Made by a program: the position numbers and the translations under genes
Part shown: positions 1 to 10,218 of the stretch, in pieces
Layout of the letters: each line of letters begins with the position of its first letter
Position numbering within the stretch: position 1 is the stretch's first letter
DNA from: Chloroflexota bacterium
GTDB lineage: Bacteria; Chloroflexota; Anaerolineae; Anaerolineales; Villigracilaceae
NCBI GenBank assembly: GCA_019873735.1
Contig: JAIOAQ010000008.1
Location: forward strand, 16,651 to 80,650
Length of the DNA stretch: 64,000 nucleotides
Direction: 5' to 3'
Notes under the pieces: generated by a model
The model's input: the letters and a program-made list of their open reading frames with translations, nothing else
Databases searched by the model: none
Told to the model about the DNA's origin: nothing

Positions 1-78
1 CGGGCCAAGCAGAATGGAATCGGTGCTCATCTTTTCCTCCTGTGGGCGTGGGGCTTTATCGGCTTGTTGGGGCGGCTT

Positions 79-690
79 TTAGATTATGTCGGCCGGCTCA
101 ATTTCCAGGTCACTGGCTGAGATTGATATGCCGGCCAGGGCAGCAAAGGTAAGGACGGTTGGGTCCAGGGGATGTTTGGCGCATAGCCGCCGATGTAACC
201 CCAGGTAACTGGTGACAATGGCTTTGGCGGGATCCAGCCCAAGGTCACGCGTGAGCCGTTGGACAGAATCCGGGTCGGGGCCTTCAATTTCGATAAAGGT
301 GCCGTAAGGCAATTCGTCCAGGGTGATGTGACACCCACTCATCTCATACGCGGCGCGGTATTTTTCGTAGACGGCAACGACCATATAGCCCAGCGCTTCG
401 AGAAAGGCGCGGGCGGTTTCAAAGTTTTCAACCTCAAATTCCAGTTCGTCGCGGCTCAAAATGCCGTCTGTTTCTTGGGAGGTGCCTTTGTAGGTCAGGT
501 GGATGGCGTTGTCCTGGCGCAGGCGCAAGACCTGGCCGTTGCGCTGCAGGTGGCCCTGGGGGGTGTCAAAGCGCAGGTTGGTTTCGAGGATGCGCGGCCG
601 GACAAGGATTGCCCCTGCGCTCACGAGCCGTTTTTGTACCTGCTCTGGGCTTTGAACGTAGAATTTTGCCTCGATCTCCTGTTTTGCCAT
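79..690 (-). CDS. CYTH-domain protein (class IV adenylate cyclase / triphosphate tunnel metalloenzyme family)
   Basis: 203-aa ORF. N-terminal ExExK signature (EIEAKF) and length typical of CYTH/CyaB-like proteins. Confidence 0.65.
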   Translation of the reverse strand: MAKQEIEAKFYVQSPEQVQKRLVSAGAILVRPRILETNLRFDTPQGHLQRNGQVLRLRQDNAIHLTYKGTSQETDGILSRDELEFEVENFETARAFLEALGYMVVAVYEKYRAAYEMSGCHITLDELPYGTFIEIEGPDPDSVQRLTRDLGLDPAKAIVTSYLGLHRRLCAKHPLDPTVLTFAALAGISISASDLEIEPADII

Positions 691-717
691 TGCAGGAAAA
701 TTATATCGCAGGCTGGC

Positions 718-1221
718 TTAAATCACACTCAGGAGGGTGGTTCTTTGCTCTACGCTTTCGCCTGGTTTGACCCGGATGCGGCTGACTTTGCCGGCGCGCG
801 GGGATTTGAGTTCATTTTGCATTTTCATGGATTCGAGGATGAGCAGCACTTGCCCCTTTTCGACCATCTGACCTTCCTGGACCGGGATGTTGACCACCAA
901 TCCGGGCATGGGGGCTTTGAGGTGGTATTCGCCGCCGGCGGCTACGGTACTGCCGGCCTGGGCGCGCAATCGCCGTTCGCGCTCATCTTCGACCCGCACG
1001 TCGTACATGCGCCCTAATACAAAAACTTGCAGGTTTTCGCTGTCGCCGGGGTAGGTGTAGATTTCGTAGGATTGGTTGTCTACCAGCAGGGAGTAAACCG
1101 CCTGTTCGCTGACCGAAGCAAGGTCAATTTCGTAGAGGCGGTTGCCGATGATAACGTGGTGCTCGTCCACAATTTCAATCTCGTATTCTTTTTCGGCAAC
1201 GGTGGCAATGTACTTAATCAT
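718..1221 (-). CDS. Biotin carboxyl carrier protein (biotinyl/lipoyl domain)
   Basis: 167-aa ORF. C-terminal biotinylation motif ESMKMQNE. Lies directly downstream of the biotin carboxylase (9-nt gap). Confidence 0.85.
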   Translation of the reverse strand: MIKYIATVAEKEYEIEIVDEHHVIIGNRLYEIDLASVSEQAVYSLLVDNQSYEIYTYPGDSENLQVFVLGRMYDVRVEDERERRLRAQAGSTVAAGGEYHLKAPMPGLVVNIPVQEGQMVEKGQVLLILESMKMQNELKSPRAGKVSRIRVKPGESVEQRTTLLSVI

Positions 1222-1230
1222 AGCGCTCTC

Positions 1231-2739
1231 CTAGCGGTGCATCCGCTCCCAGCGGCCGACCCACTTCCAGTTGCTGGTATCGCGTTCGTTGCGCTGGACG
1301 ATTTGGGCAGCGCGCTCAATTTGACGATGGGTAATCAGTGTGGCGATCAAGGCGGCAATTTCTGGTCGAAAGGCTTTGTCGTTTTCGGCGTTTTGCATGG
1401 AGAAGCGCTCTTCGACAAAGCGGGTGTCGTACTGCCCGCCCATGAAACGATGGCTGTCCATCAGGGTTTGGTGGAAGGGGATGTTGGTGCGCACGCCGAT
1501 GATGCGAAATTCTTCCAGGGCGCGGCGCATGCGCAAGATGGCCTGACCACGGGTCTCGCCCCAGACGATCAATTTGGCGATGAGCGGGTCGTAATACGGC
1601 GTGACCTCAAAGCCCGGATAAACGCCCGTGTCTATGCGGACGCCGGGGCCGGTTGGGGTGGTGATGTGCACAATCTTGCCGGTGGAGGGGATAAAGTCGT
1701 TGTAAGGGTCTTCGGCGTTGATGCGGCACTCGATGGCCGCGCCGTTGAAGCGAATGTCATCTTGGGTGTAGGTTAATTGCCGGCCGCGGGCGATACGAAT
1801 TTGCTCCATGACAATATCAATACCGGTGACCATTTCGGTAATCGGGTGCTCTACTTGCAGACGGGTGTTCATTTCAAGGAAGTAGAAGTTGCGGTCCTTA
1901 TCCAACAAAAATTCAATGGTGCCGGCGTTGACATATTTGACCGCCTGCGCGGCTTTGACGGCCACATCGCCCATGCGGCGGCGCAAGTCATCGTCTACGA
2001 TGGGAGAAGGCGATTCTTCAACCAGTTTTTGGTGGCGGCGCTGGAGGGAGCATTCACGCTCGCCCAGGTGAATGACATTGCCGTATTGGTCGGCCAGGAT
2101 TTGAAATTCAATGTGGCGCGCCCCCTCGATGAGTTTTTCCAGGTACACGTTGCCATCGCCAAACGCGGCTTCGGCCTCGCGGCGGGCCGCCTGGAGCAGG
2201 GCGGGCATTTCCTCCAGGCTGGTCACCAGGCGCATGCCCTTTCCGCCGCCGCCCGCTGTTGCCTTGATCAGCAGGGGGAAGCCGATTTTAGGCGCGAGGG
2301 CAAGCAGTTCGTCATCGGTTAAACTGCCTTCGCCTTCTGTGCCTGGAACAATCGGCACTCCGGCTTTGGTGACCGTAGCGCGCGCTACGGCCTTGTCGCC
2401 CATGGCTGCAATTGCCGATGGCCGTGGGCCGATGAAGGTGATATTGGCTTCCTCGCAGGCCTGAGCGAAATCCTCGCGTTCTGCTAAAAAGCCGTAGCCG
2501 GGGTGAATGGCATCTGCGCCGCAGGCCCTGGCGATGTCAATCAGCCGGTCAATCCGCAGGTAAGAATCGCGCGCCGGCGCCGGGCCGAGCAGATAGGCCT
2601 CATCGGCATAGCGGACGTGGAGGGATTGCCGGTCGGCCTCAGAGAATACGGCTACGCTTTCTACGCCTAGTTCGCGGCAGGCGCGCAGGATGCGGACGGC
2701 AATCTCGCCCCGGTTGGCAACCAGGATTTTCTTGAACAT
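1231..2739 (-). CDS. accC: Biotin carboxylase subunit of an acyl-CoA carboxylase
   Basis: 502 aa. [21 protein letters not shown]-terminus, ATP-grasp motifs ([18 protein letters not shown]). Confidence 0.92.
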   Translation of the reverse strand: MFKKILVANRGEIAVRILRACRELGVESVAVFSEADRQSLHVRYADEAYLLGPAPARDSYLRIDRLIDIARACGADAIHPGYGFLAEREDFAQACEEANITFIGPRPSAIAAMGDKAVARATVTKAGVPIVPGTEGEGSLTDDELLALAPKIGFPLLIKATAGGGGKGMRLVTSLEEMPALLQAARREAEAAFGDGNVYLEKLIEGARHIEFQILADQYGNVIHLGERECSLQRRHQKLVEESPSPIVDDDLRRRMGDVAVKAAQAVKYVNAGTIEFLLDKDRNFYFLEMNTRLQVEHPITEMVTGIDIVMEQIRIARGRQLTYTQDDIRFNGAAIECRINAEDPYNDFIPSTGKIVHITTPTGPGVRIDTGVYPGFEVTPYYDPLIAKLIVWGETRGQAILRMRRALEEFRIIGVRTNIPFHQTLMDSHRFMGGQYDTRFVEERFSMQNAENDKAFRPEIAALIATLITHRQIERAAQIVQRNERDTSNWKWVGRWERMHR

Positions 2740-2750
2740 AGGATCTCCTG

Positions 2751-4319
2751 TTACAGCGGAATGTTCCCGTGCTTCTTGGCCGGGTTGGAGTCTCGCTTGT
2801 TGCTCAACATCTCCAGTGCGTTGATGAGCCGTTGGCGGGTCTCGCGCGGTTCAATGATGTCGTCTAAGTAGCCGCGCTCGGCGGCAATGTAGGGATTGGC
2901 GAATTTTTCGCGGTATTCTGCCACCAGTTCGGCCTTGCGTTGGGCCGGGTCTTCCGCCTTTTCCAGTTCCTTGCGGAAGATGATGTTGACGGCCCCATCC
3001 GGCCCCATGACAGCGATTTCGGCTGTTGGCCAGGCCAGGTTGATGTCGCCGCGGATGTGTTTGGAGGACATGACGCAATAGGCGCCGCCATAGGCTTTAC
3101 GCGTGACCACGGTGATTTTTGGCACGGTTGCTTCACAGTAAGCATAGAGCAACTTTGCCCCCGAACGGATAATGCCGCCGTGTTCCTGTCCGGTGCCGGG
3201 CAGGAAGCCGGGCGTATCTTCAAGGGTGAGGATGGGGATGTTGAAGGCATCGCAGAAACGCACAAAGCGGGCGCCTTTTTCAGAAGAGTCAATGTCTAAT
3301 ACGCCTGCCAGCACAGCCGGTTGGTTGGCCACAATGCCTACCGAGTGACCGCCCAGCCGGGCAAAACCAACGACAATGTTGGTGGCGAAGTTCTCGTGAA
3401 TTTCAAAGAATTGACCATCATCTACCAGCAAATGGATCACATCCTTGATGTCATAAGGTTTGCTGGGGTCGTCGGGGATAATCCGATCGAGTGCCTCTTC
3501 CATGCGCAAGGGGTCGTCACCGGTGCTAACGAAAGGCGGGTCTTCCATATTGTTTTGCGGCAGGTAGGAAAGCAGTTTGCGCACCAGGTAAAGCGTATCC
3601 GCTTCGCTATCGGCCGCGACATGACAGACGCCCGACTTTTCGGCATGGACACTGGCGCCGCCCAAATCTTCAAAGGAGACGGTCTCGTGGGTGACGGCCT
3701 TGACCACATCGGGGCCGGTGACGAACATGTAGGACGAGTTGCGCACCATGAAGATGAAGTCGGTCAGCGCGGGGGAATAGACGGCTCCGCCAGCGCAAGG
3801 CCCCATGATGACCGAGATTTGAGGGATGACGCCGCTGGCCAGGGTGTTGCGGAGAAAGATGTCGGCATAGCCGCCGAGCGAATCCACGCCTTCCTGAATG
3901 CGCGCCCCACCCGAGTCGTTCAAGCCGATAATCGGCGCGCCGTTCTTGAGCGCCATGTCCATCACCTTGCAGATTTTCTGGGCATGTGCTTCTCCCAGGC
4001 TGCCGCCGATGACGGTGAAGTCTTGTGAGAAAACGTACACCAGGCGCCCCTCGATGGTTCCCCAGCCGGTGACGACCGAGTCGCCCAGGAATCTCTGGCT
4101 ATCCAGGCCGAACTCGGTTGAGCGGTGCGTTTTGAAGGCATCAATTTCGCGAAAACTGCCTTTGTCCAACAGCAGGTCAATCCGTTCGCGGGCGGTCAAT
4201 TTGCCGCGCTGATGCTGGGCTTCGATCCGCTCTGCTCCGCCCCCCTGGCGGGACTTCATCTTTGTCTCACGCAGTTTCTGAATTTTGGGATTCTCGCTCA
4301 TTTTGCCTTTCTTTCTCAA
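2751..4319 (-). CDS. Acyl-CoA carboxylase carboxyltransferase subunit (propionyl-CoA carboxylase beta / methylmalonyl-CoA carboxyltransferase family)
   Basis: 522 aa. [18 protein letters not shown] start region and two crotonase-like carboxyltransferase halves. The start may instead be the internal Met at 4301. Confidence 0.9.
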   Translation of the reverse strand: MRKKGKMSENPKIQKLRETKMKSRQGGGAERIEAQHQRGKLTARERIDLLLDKGSFREIDAFKTHRSTEFGLDSQRFLGDSVVTGWGTIEGRLVYVFSQDFTVIGGSLGEAHAQKICKVMDMALKNGAPIIGLNDSGGARIQEGVDSLGGYADIFLRNTLASGVIPQISVIMGPCAGGAVYSPALTDFIFMVRNSSYMFVTGPDVVKAVTHETVSFEDLGGASVHAEKSGVCHVAADSEADTLYLVRKLLSYLPQNNMEDPPFVSTGDDPLRMEEALDRIIPDDPSKPYDIKDVIHLLVDDGQFFEIHENFATNIVVGFARLGGHSVGIVANQPAVLAGVLDIDSSEKGARFVRFCDAFNIPILTLEDTPGFLPGTGQEHGGIIRSGAKLLYAYCEATVPKITVVTRKAYGGAYCVMSSKHIRGDINLAWPTAEIAVMGPDGAVNIIFRKELEKAEDPAQRKAELVAEYREKFANPYIAAERGYLDDIIEPRETRQRLINALEMLSNKRDSNPAKKHGNIPL

Positions 4320-4710
4320 AGGAGGTGTGGTTTTCGGGAAGGGAGATGATGCTTATGATGAAGATTAACCAAAACAGGCTAAAGACAGCCGCCCAGGGCC
4401 AGTTAGAACGATAAAGGCCATGCGGGGACAGCAGACGGTCCAGCCAGTAATAGACGGTATAGCCGATTCCTACCAGACCCGTCAAAGGGCGCGCCCACTT
4501 CCGGCCGAGCCACACCCCAAAGGTTAACGCCGCGCCAGCCAGGGTCCAGAAGAGACCCGTCGCGGCAATGTAGAGCGGTCCAGGAGGTGTGGCAAATTCT
4601 GCCAGGGCGGTCCACTGAGTCAACGCAGTCCCAAAGCGGATGGCGTTCCATACCGTGAGGCTTAACACGCAAAACGCCAGCAAGGTTACGGGGAATGAAC
4701 GTTTGAGCAT
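4267..4710 (-). CDS. Small integral membrane protein, unknown function
   Basis: 147-aa ORF with about 4 hydrophobic segments. Its 3' end overlaps the carboxyltransferase start by 35-53 nt. No recognisable motif. Confidence 0.4.
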   Translation of the reverse strand: MLKRSFPVTLLAFCVLSLTVWNAIRFGTALTQWTALAEFATPPGPLYIAATGLFWTLAGAALTFGVWLGRKWARPLTGLVGIGYTVYYWLDRLLSPHGLYRSNWPWAAVFSLFWLIFIISIISLPENHTSFEKERQNERESQNSETA

Positions 4711-4717
4711 GTGGCGT

Positions 4718-6757
4718 CTATGGCAGCGGCGGACGGATTTTCATCAATTCTTTTCCGCCGTAGGTAATGCCGAGCCGGACAAGGCGGCCTTTGAATTGCG
4801 TTTTGAACGGCGCCAGTTGCAAGAGGATATCCGGGTTGGCAAAGATGTAATCTACGCCGTTTTGATAGAGGTAATCGGCGGCCTGACCCGCCTGCATGGC
4901 CTTGAAGTATGCCGGGCTGTTGATCAGGCCGTCCATGTTGACGATGCCGCGGTCGTGAATGAAATAGCCCAAACTGCCTCCGCCGGTTACGCCGATTAAC
5001 GAGCCGGGCTCGGTGTGATTCTCCAGAATGTCGAGGGCCTCGACGTATGGGCCGGCGGGTTTTGCGCGCTGCCAGGGCATGCTGTGGTAAACGTCTTGAG
5101 CCAGGCGCCCGCACCAGATGAGGCCGATCATCAGGGCGAGTGCTATGCTCAGCCGCCTGGCCTGGGCTGTTTTTAGCCGGCGCGGCAGCAACAGGTCGAG
5201 CAGCAGGGCCGCCAGCAGCAGCGTGAAGAGCATCTCCCCGGCCCAGTACCATTCTTTGATGGCAGAATAGCCGGTGGCGTTGTAACCGAATATCTGGAAT
5301 ACGCACCCGCCGAGGAGTGGCAAGAGCCCAAGTCTCTGCACGGCTCGCAGGGAACGGCGGCGTTTGGCCAGCAAGATGACGAGGGTTGAGATGGCCAAAA
5401 CGGCCAAAACCGGCAGATAAACTTGCGGCAGGCGCAGACGGAGGTGGGACCAGGCGGTTATTTTTTGGGCCAGGTATTCCGCCAATGAAGTAACCTGTGG
5501 CCAGGCGTTGAAATCCCCGTTGCGGTCTATGCCCAGGAAGGCTTCAAACGTCCCGGCCGGACCGCCGCGCACCTGGTTGATGGGCGCGCCCCACCAGCGT
5601 TTCACCTGCCCGCTGACCGGCGTGGCGGTCCCGAAGGCGAGCAGGTTGAAGAGCATATAAGCAGCCAGCGTTCCGCCGAGGATGCCGTAGAAAATGGAGG
5701 CCTCTTTGAGCAGGCGCGGCCATGCTAATTTGCAGGCTGCAGGTTTTTTGCCTTGGCCGAACCACAAGGCTCCCAGCCGGATTGCGCCGAGTAACGCCAG
5801 AGACAAGCCGGCTTCTACCAGGACGACGCTGCGTGGGAAACCGTTTAGCCGTTCGCCCAGGATGGACAAAAAGAGGCCTGTCAGGCCCGAACTGGCAACT
5901 ACGGCCAGGGCGGTTCGGGCCAGGACCTGAAGCGGCTTCTGCAAGCCCGGAGAATTGCCCAGCCCGAGGAGATAGAGCAGGGGCAAGCGCAGCGCCAGCA
6001 GGCCGCCTGCCATCAGCAAAGCGGACTGCGCATAGGTGTAATAATGGGGAAAACCCAAACGCAAGGCGAATCCCACCAATACGCTGGTAACTGTTACGAG
6101 GGCGTCGGCAATCACAAAGTAGCGCAACGGCGTGCCGCGCAGAAGAATCCAGATGCCCATCAGGCCGGCCAGGAAGATCATGTCGAGGCGGCTGAGAAAG
6201 ACGGCTGTTGCCAGCACGGCCAGGATAAGCACGGCACTGCTCTGTTTGTTGCTTTTTGGCCAGTCGTCTTCGAAAATTTGAGCGCGGCGCAGGAGCAGGA
6301 GAACGGTAAACGTCAGCAGGCCGGTTTCCAGGCCAAATTGGGTTACGGTTTCATGGATATAAGTATTGAAAACCCAGTAAGCGGCTGCCAGCATGGCGAT
6401 GGGTTCAAAGAGCACCCTTTTTAGCAGGCGAAAGAGAACGACTCCTGAGCCGGCAGAAAGCATTCCCATCACAATCACCAGAAGCCGCAAGGGTAAAATC
6501 ACATCAAATCGTGCCAAGGCAAAAATGGGGATGCAGATCAGCAGCCACAGAGGGTGATAACCGTTTGTCGGGTTAACGCCGTCAAAAGTTGACCCAAGCC
6601 CCTCGCTGATGTTTTGTGCGGTTTTAAAGTAAAAGTAAGCGTCGTCGCGCGTAAACCACTTTGTGGGGAAGTTATGGGCTTCTGACAGTGCTGCGTAGAT
6701 ATGGATTGCCAGCACGGCCAGCACCAGCGCGGCTTCAAACCAGTGGATGCGTTTCAT
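4718..6757 (-). CDS. Polytopic membrane protein, GT-C type glycosyltransferase-like
   Basis: 679 aa with more than 12 predicted TM segments. First-loop acidic motif (TRDDAYFYFKTAQNISEGLG ... TNGYHPLW) is typical of GT-C fold lipid-linked sugar transferases. The family assignment is tentative. Confidence 0.5.
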   Translation of the reverse strand: MKRIHWFEAALVLAVLAIHIYAALSEAHNFPTKWFTRDDAYFYFKTAQNISEGLGSTFDGVNPTNGYHPLWLLICIPIFALARFDVILPLRLLVIVMGMLSAGSGVVLFRLLKRVLFEPIAMLAAAYWVFNTYIHETVTQFGLETGLLTFTVLLLLRRAQIFEDDWPKSNKQSSAVLILAVLATAVFLSRLDMIFLAGLMGIWILLRGTPLRYFVIADALVTVTSVLVGFALRLGFPHYYTYAQSALLMAGGLLALRLPLLYLLGLGNSPGLQKPLQVLARTALAVVASSGLTGLFLSILGERLNGFPRSVVLVEAGLSLALLGAIRLGALWFGQGKKPAACKLAWPRLLKEASIFYGILGGTLAAYMLFNLLAFGTATPVSGQVKRWWGAPINQVRGGPAGTFEAFLGIDRNGDFNAWPQVTSLAEYLAQKITAWSHLRLRLPQVYLPVLAVLAISTLVILLAKRRRSLRAVQRLGLLPLLGGCVFQIFGYNATGYSAIKEWYWAGEMLFTLLLAALLLDLLLPRRLKTAQARRLSIALALMIGLIWCGRLAQDVYHSMPWQRAKPAGPYVEALDILENHTEPGSLIGVTGGGSLGYFIHDRGIVNMDGLINSPAYFKAMQAGQAADYLYQNGVDYIFANPDILLQLAPFKTQFKGRLVRLGITYGGKELMKIRPPLP

Positions 6758-6781
6758 GTTGCGGTGTTGAGTCCTTATCTC

Positions 6782-7810
6782 TCAGATTTGCAGTGTAATC
6801 TTGCCCATTTGTTGGCCAGATTCCAGGCGTTCGTGAGCCTGGCGGGCTTCGGCAAGGGGATAGGAGCGGTCAAGCGCCGGGCAAAGTTTACCAGCAACAA
6901 TTAACGCCATCACGGTTGCAAAATCTCTCAAATTGCTCATGGTGGAGCCGATCAGGCTTAAATGCTTGCTGAAGACAAAGCGATTGTCAATTTCGAAACG
7001 CGGGCCGCCGGTATTGCCAACCGTCAGAATCCGGCCGCCTTTGCGCGCGGCGCGAAAACTGAGCGGGAAGGTGATGCCCACATTATCCACCACCACGTCT
7101 ACGCCGCGTCGGTCGGTGGCCAGGAAAACCGCTTTTGACCAGTCTTCCTCTTTTGAGCGGTCAATCAAAATATCTGCTCCCAGCGATTCTGCAAGAGCCA
7201 GTTTCTTGGCGTCAGAGCCAACAACGATTACTTTTGCGCCAGCGAATTTCGCAATTTGAATGCTGGCTGTGTTTACCCCGCCCGAGGCGCCGACGATCAG
7301 GACAGTCTCGCCGGGCCGCAATCCGCCGCGGGTGATGAGGGAGTGCCAGGCTGTCTGAAAGACCAGCGCGCTGGCTGCGGCGACATGGAAATCGAAATCG
7401 GGCGGCAGACGATATACCTGCCGGGCGGGCAGGGCGATGTACTCAGCATACGTCCCGGGGACGGTTTCGCCAAGCAGGTGCCAGTTGCGGCAGAGATTAT
7501 CTTGCCCGGCGAGGCAGAAGTCGCATTCGCCGCAGCCCAGATTGGCGTTGATCACCACCGCATCGCCGACTTGTAGGCCGCTTACCTCTTCGCCAAGGGC
7601 GACAATTTCTCCGGCGCCATCTGCGCCTGGGATATGGGGCAGCGTCAGTTTCAGGCCAGGCCAGCCCTGACGCACGAACAAGTCCACGCGGTTGAGCGCC
7701 GCGGCGCGCAGACGCACCAAAACCTCGCCGCGGGCCGGGGTTGGCTCTGGCATGTCAGAGAGTTGCAGAACTTCTGGACCGCCGTGGGTATGAAAAACAA
7801 TGGCTTTCAT
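6782..7810 (-). CDS. Zinc-type alcohol dehydrogenase / NADPH:quinone oxidoreductase (MDR superfamily)
   Basis: 342 aa. GroES-like N-domain (PEPTPARGEVLVRLRAAALN), CGECDFC structural-Zn loop and Rossmann motif IVGASGGVN. The start overlaps the upstream stop in an ATGA arrangement. Confidence 0.85.
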   Translation of the reverse strand: MKAIVFHTHGGPEVLQLSDMPEPTPARGEVLVRLRAAALNRVDLFVRQGWPGLKLTLPHIPGADGAGEIVALGEEVSGLQVGDAVVINANLGCGECDFCLAGQDNLCRNWHLLGETVPGTYAEYIALPARQVYRLPPDFDFHVAAASALVFQTAWHSLITRGGLRPGETVLIVGASGGVNTASIQIAKFAGAKVIVVGSDAKKLALAESLGADILIDRSKEEDWSKAVFLATDRRGVDVVVDNVGITFPLSFRAARKGGRILTVGNTGGPRFEIDNRFVFSKHLSLIGSTMSNLRDFATVMALIVAGKLCPALDRSYPLAEARQAHERLESGQQMGKITLQI

Positions 7811-10170
7811 TGTATCTGTTCCTCTGCTTTTTTTCTGTCGTTTTTGTCAGGCGTCTTTGGGAAAGCGACGCGTATCTTGAGTTCGAATTCAACACCCGCC
7901 AGGGGATGGCGTCCCAGGCTCCTCCAGCCGACGAACACCAGTCCGCCCAGCAACAGTATCAGCAGGTAAACAACCGGTGTGCGGATGAGTGTCATGATCC
8001 CCCGGGTAAATTTGTAGTCGGGCTGCAGGCTTAATCCCTCAATGTTGGTGCTGCCGTAGCCGAGAATGTTGCCTGCGGCATCTGTAAATGGAACGGGCGC
8101 ATGAAACCCGGGATTCGCCTCGAGCAGTCGGCGGGAAATCTGGCCATCTGTATCCTGCGGGTAGAAGACAATGGCCGGCTGCAGGCCGATGATTTCGGCT
8201 GCGCCGCCCAAAAAGGCTTCGGTGCTCAGGTTATGGTACGAAAGCGGGGTGAGTTTGCGGTCTGCAAGATATGCCACCTTGTGGATATCGGGTTCTTCCT
8301 CAATGTAATAGAGGGCAGCCGGAGCACGATTACGCCAGGCGTTCCATGAGACGATGTCCTCAAAGCCGGGGAGGTACTTTTCTGGCATCACCACAAAATA
8401 TTGACGTAGTCCTGCTACGGCCAGAATGATGAGGCCAATGGCGTGCCACCGGCGCAATTTGTTCTCTGCTTGTAGATGTATCTCGCCTGCCAGCGTGTTG
8501 ACCACCGAAGAGAGGCCGATTGCCGATAAGGCGGCAAGAACCGGCAAAATGGCTACCAGATGTGTGTGGCGCGGCGGGAAAGCAGCCAGTATTCCTAAAA
8601 AGAGGATTCCCGCAACCATCCAGGCGGTGAGAATCCAGAAGCGCGGCTCTTTCAGGCGTCGTAAGGCCAGGAAAAAGCCAATGACAGAAAATAGGCCCAT
8701 CCACCTGCCTGCCAGGCCGGTGGTCATGAAATGTTCGCTGATCAGGTGCGGGTCGAACAGGGCTATAAGGGTGCGGACGGTCCCCCGTAATAACAGTTCT
8801 TTCCACAATGAAGAGGAAAGCACCACCTCGTTTTTCCCGATCAGGGTGGTAATCAACTCCGGGTGAGCGTCACCGAAAATGGCGCGGGCATAGAAGCCAT
8901 TGAAGAAACTGGTCTCGAAGACCTTGAAGGTCAACGTGTGTGCTGTCGTTCCGCTGAGGGTATAGGTCACCTGTGGCAAAATGACCAGCAGCCAGGCGCT
9001 CAGGACGACCAGACCGGCGCGCGTTGCCCGATTGAAACTCCTCTGCCGAAGGACGACCATCCACAGGCCCGCCAAAACAAGAACAACACTGCCCAGCCAG
9101 GCAGCAGGATAGGTGAAGACGGCCAGGGCAGAAGCAAGGCCGCTTAGGAAGTAATAGAATAGACTTGATTTTCGAATCGCCAGAGAGGCCAGATAAAGAC
9201 CCAGCGTGATTGGAAGCAGGGCCTGGGCGTTGTTGTAGCCGAGCCTGGCGAAGGATAGGAAATAAGGGTTGGAGAACAGCAGCAAGCAGGCAGTAATGGC
9301 TGTGCGGCGGTCAAACCAATCGCGCAACAATAAGTAAAGAGGCGCTGCAGATAGCACCGCGAAGAGGACGGATGAGAAACGCCATCCCCACAGGTTGACC
9401 CCAAAGAGACGCATCAGCCATCCCTGAAAGTAAGAACTGGCAATCGGGAAAGTGTACACACCCGGCCCCCAAATGGCCGGTCTATGTTGCCGCAAAGCGA
9501 TGGCCCTGGCTGTTTCCCAAAACGAGCCTTCGTCGGGGATTAATTGATTGGGAAGGTCTTCTAAGAAAAACGCGCCAATGGCAATCCCGATGAAGAGCAA
9601 AAGTAAAATCCAGGCGGTATCCTGAACGGCGAGGTTTGGATTCAGGTCGCGGCCTGCCTGACGGTCCCGCCTCCAGGCCAGGTATGTTGCGGCGGCAAGG
9701 ATGAATAACCATCCAATGGCGAGCAGGGGGGAATAGGAATGTTTGGCCAGCAGGTAGATCAGCAATGCGTACAGGCCGGCCAGGAAAATCAATGGGAGGG
9801 CGTATCCGCCCGATTCTGCCGTTATCTTTTGATGGATAGGGGCGGGCTCTGATTGAGCACCCTCCCATTTTTTAAGTGAGCAGATACTGGCGCAAATCAG
9901 GCCGCCGGCAAGAATCAGCAGACTTCCCCAAACGGCGTTCTCCAGGTTGATGATGCCGATATAGTGGCGTCTTCCCCAGTCCCATAAACGAAGCCAGTCT
10001 TTCCCCTGGGTGGTCAGGGATTCCACCATCGTTTGGCCATAAACCAGCAGAAACAAACCGATCAGTATCCCCAACCATTTTGGGGGAAGCATGGCTTTGA
10101 TCCTGGCGTGCAGCGACCAGACGGCTTTGAGAATAGAAGAACGCGGCGTTTGGGCAGTTGGTGCAGGCAT
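7807..10170 (-). CDS. Glycosyltransferase family 39 / ArnT-PMT-like membrane glycosyltransferase
   Basis: 787 aa, many TM segments. First extracytoplasmic loop carries the DE motif (LIPDEGSFWETARAI) characteristic of ArnT/PMT GT-C enzymes. Confidence 0.65.
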   Translation of the reverse strand: MPAPTAQTPRSSILKAVWSLHARIKAMLPPKWLGILIGLFLLVYGQTMVESLTTQGKDWLRLWDWGRRHYIGIINLENAVWGSLLILAGGLICASICSLKKWEGAQSEPAPIHQKITAESGGYALPLIFLAGLYALLIYLLAKHSYSPLLAIGWLFILAAATYLAWRRDRQAGRDLNPNLAVQDTAWILLLLFIGIAIGAFFLEDLPNQLIPDEGSFWETARAIALRQHRPAIWGPGVYTFPIASSYFQGWLMRLFGVNLWGWRFSSVLFAVLSAAPLYLLLRDWFDRRTAITACLLLFSNPYFLSFARLGYNNAQALLPITLGLYLASLAIRKSSLFYYFLSGLASALAVFTYPAAWLGSVVLVLAGLWMVVLRQRSFNRATRAGLVVLSAWLLVILPQVTYTLSGTTAHTLTFKVFETSFFNGFYARAIFGDAHPELITTLIGKNEVVLSSSLWKELLLRGTVRTLIALFDPHLISEHFMTTGLAGRWMGLFSVIGFFLALRRLKEPRFWILTAWMVAGILFLGILAAFPPRHTHLVAILPVLAALSAIGLSSVVNTLAGEIHLQAENKLRRWHAIGLIILAVAGLRQYFVVMPEKYLPGFEDIVSWNAWRNRAPAALYYIEEEPDIHKVAYLADRKLTPLSYHNLSTEAFLGGAAEIIGLQPAIVFYPQDTDGQISRRLLEANPGFHAPVPFTDAAGNILGYGSTNIEGLSLQPDYKFTRGIMTLIRTPVVYLLILLLGGLVFVGWRSLGRHPLAGVEFELKIRVAFPKTPDKNDRKKAEEQIQ

Positions 10171-10218
10171 TTGGGGGCTTCAGATGGGATAGGCTTAGCA
10201 GGCTCTTTATTGCCGTTC

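Noticed and set aside
259-1776. Long plus-strand ORFs (259..1017 at 252 aa, 1027..1776 at 249 aa) antisense to the BCCP and biotin carboxylase genes. Many similar antisense or alternate-frame ORFs occur across the window, e.g. 3321..4028, 10033..10617, 13140..13715, 18214..18864, 31869..32609 and 50359..50988.
   Set aside because: They lie opposite genes with unmistakable family motifs, have Gly/Ala/Arg/Val/His-biased low-information composition, and lack Shine-Dalgarno sequences. They are typical shadow ORFs of GC-rich DNA.
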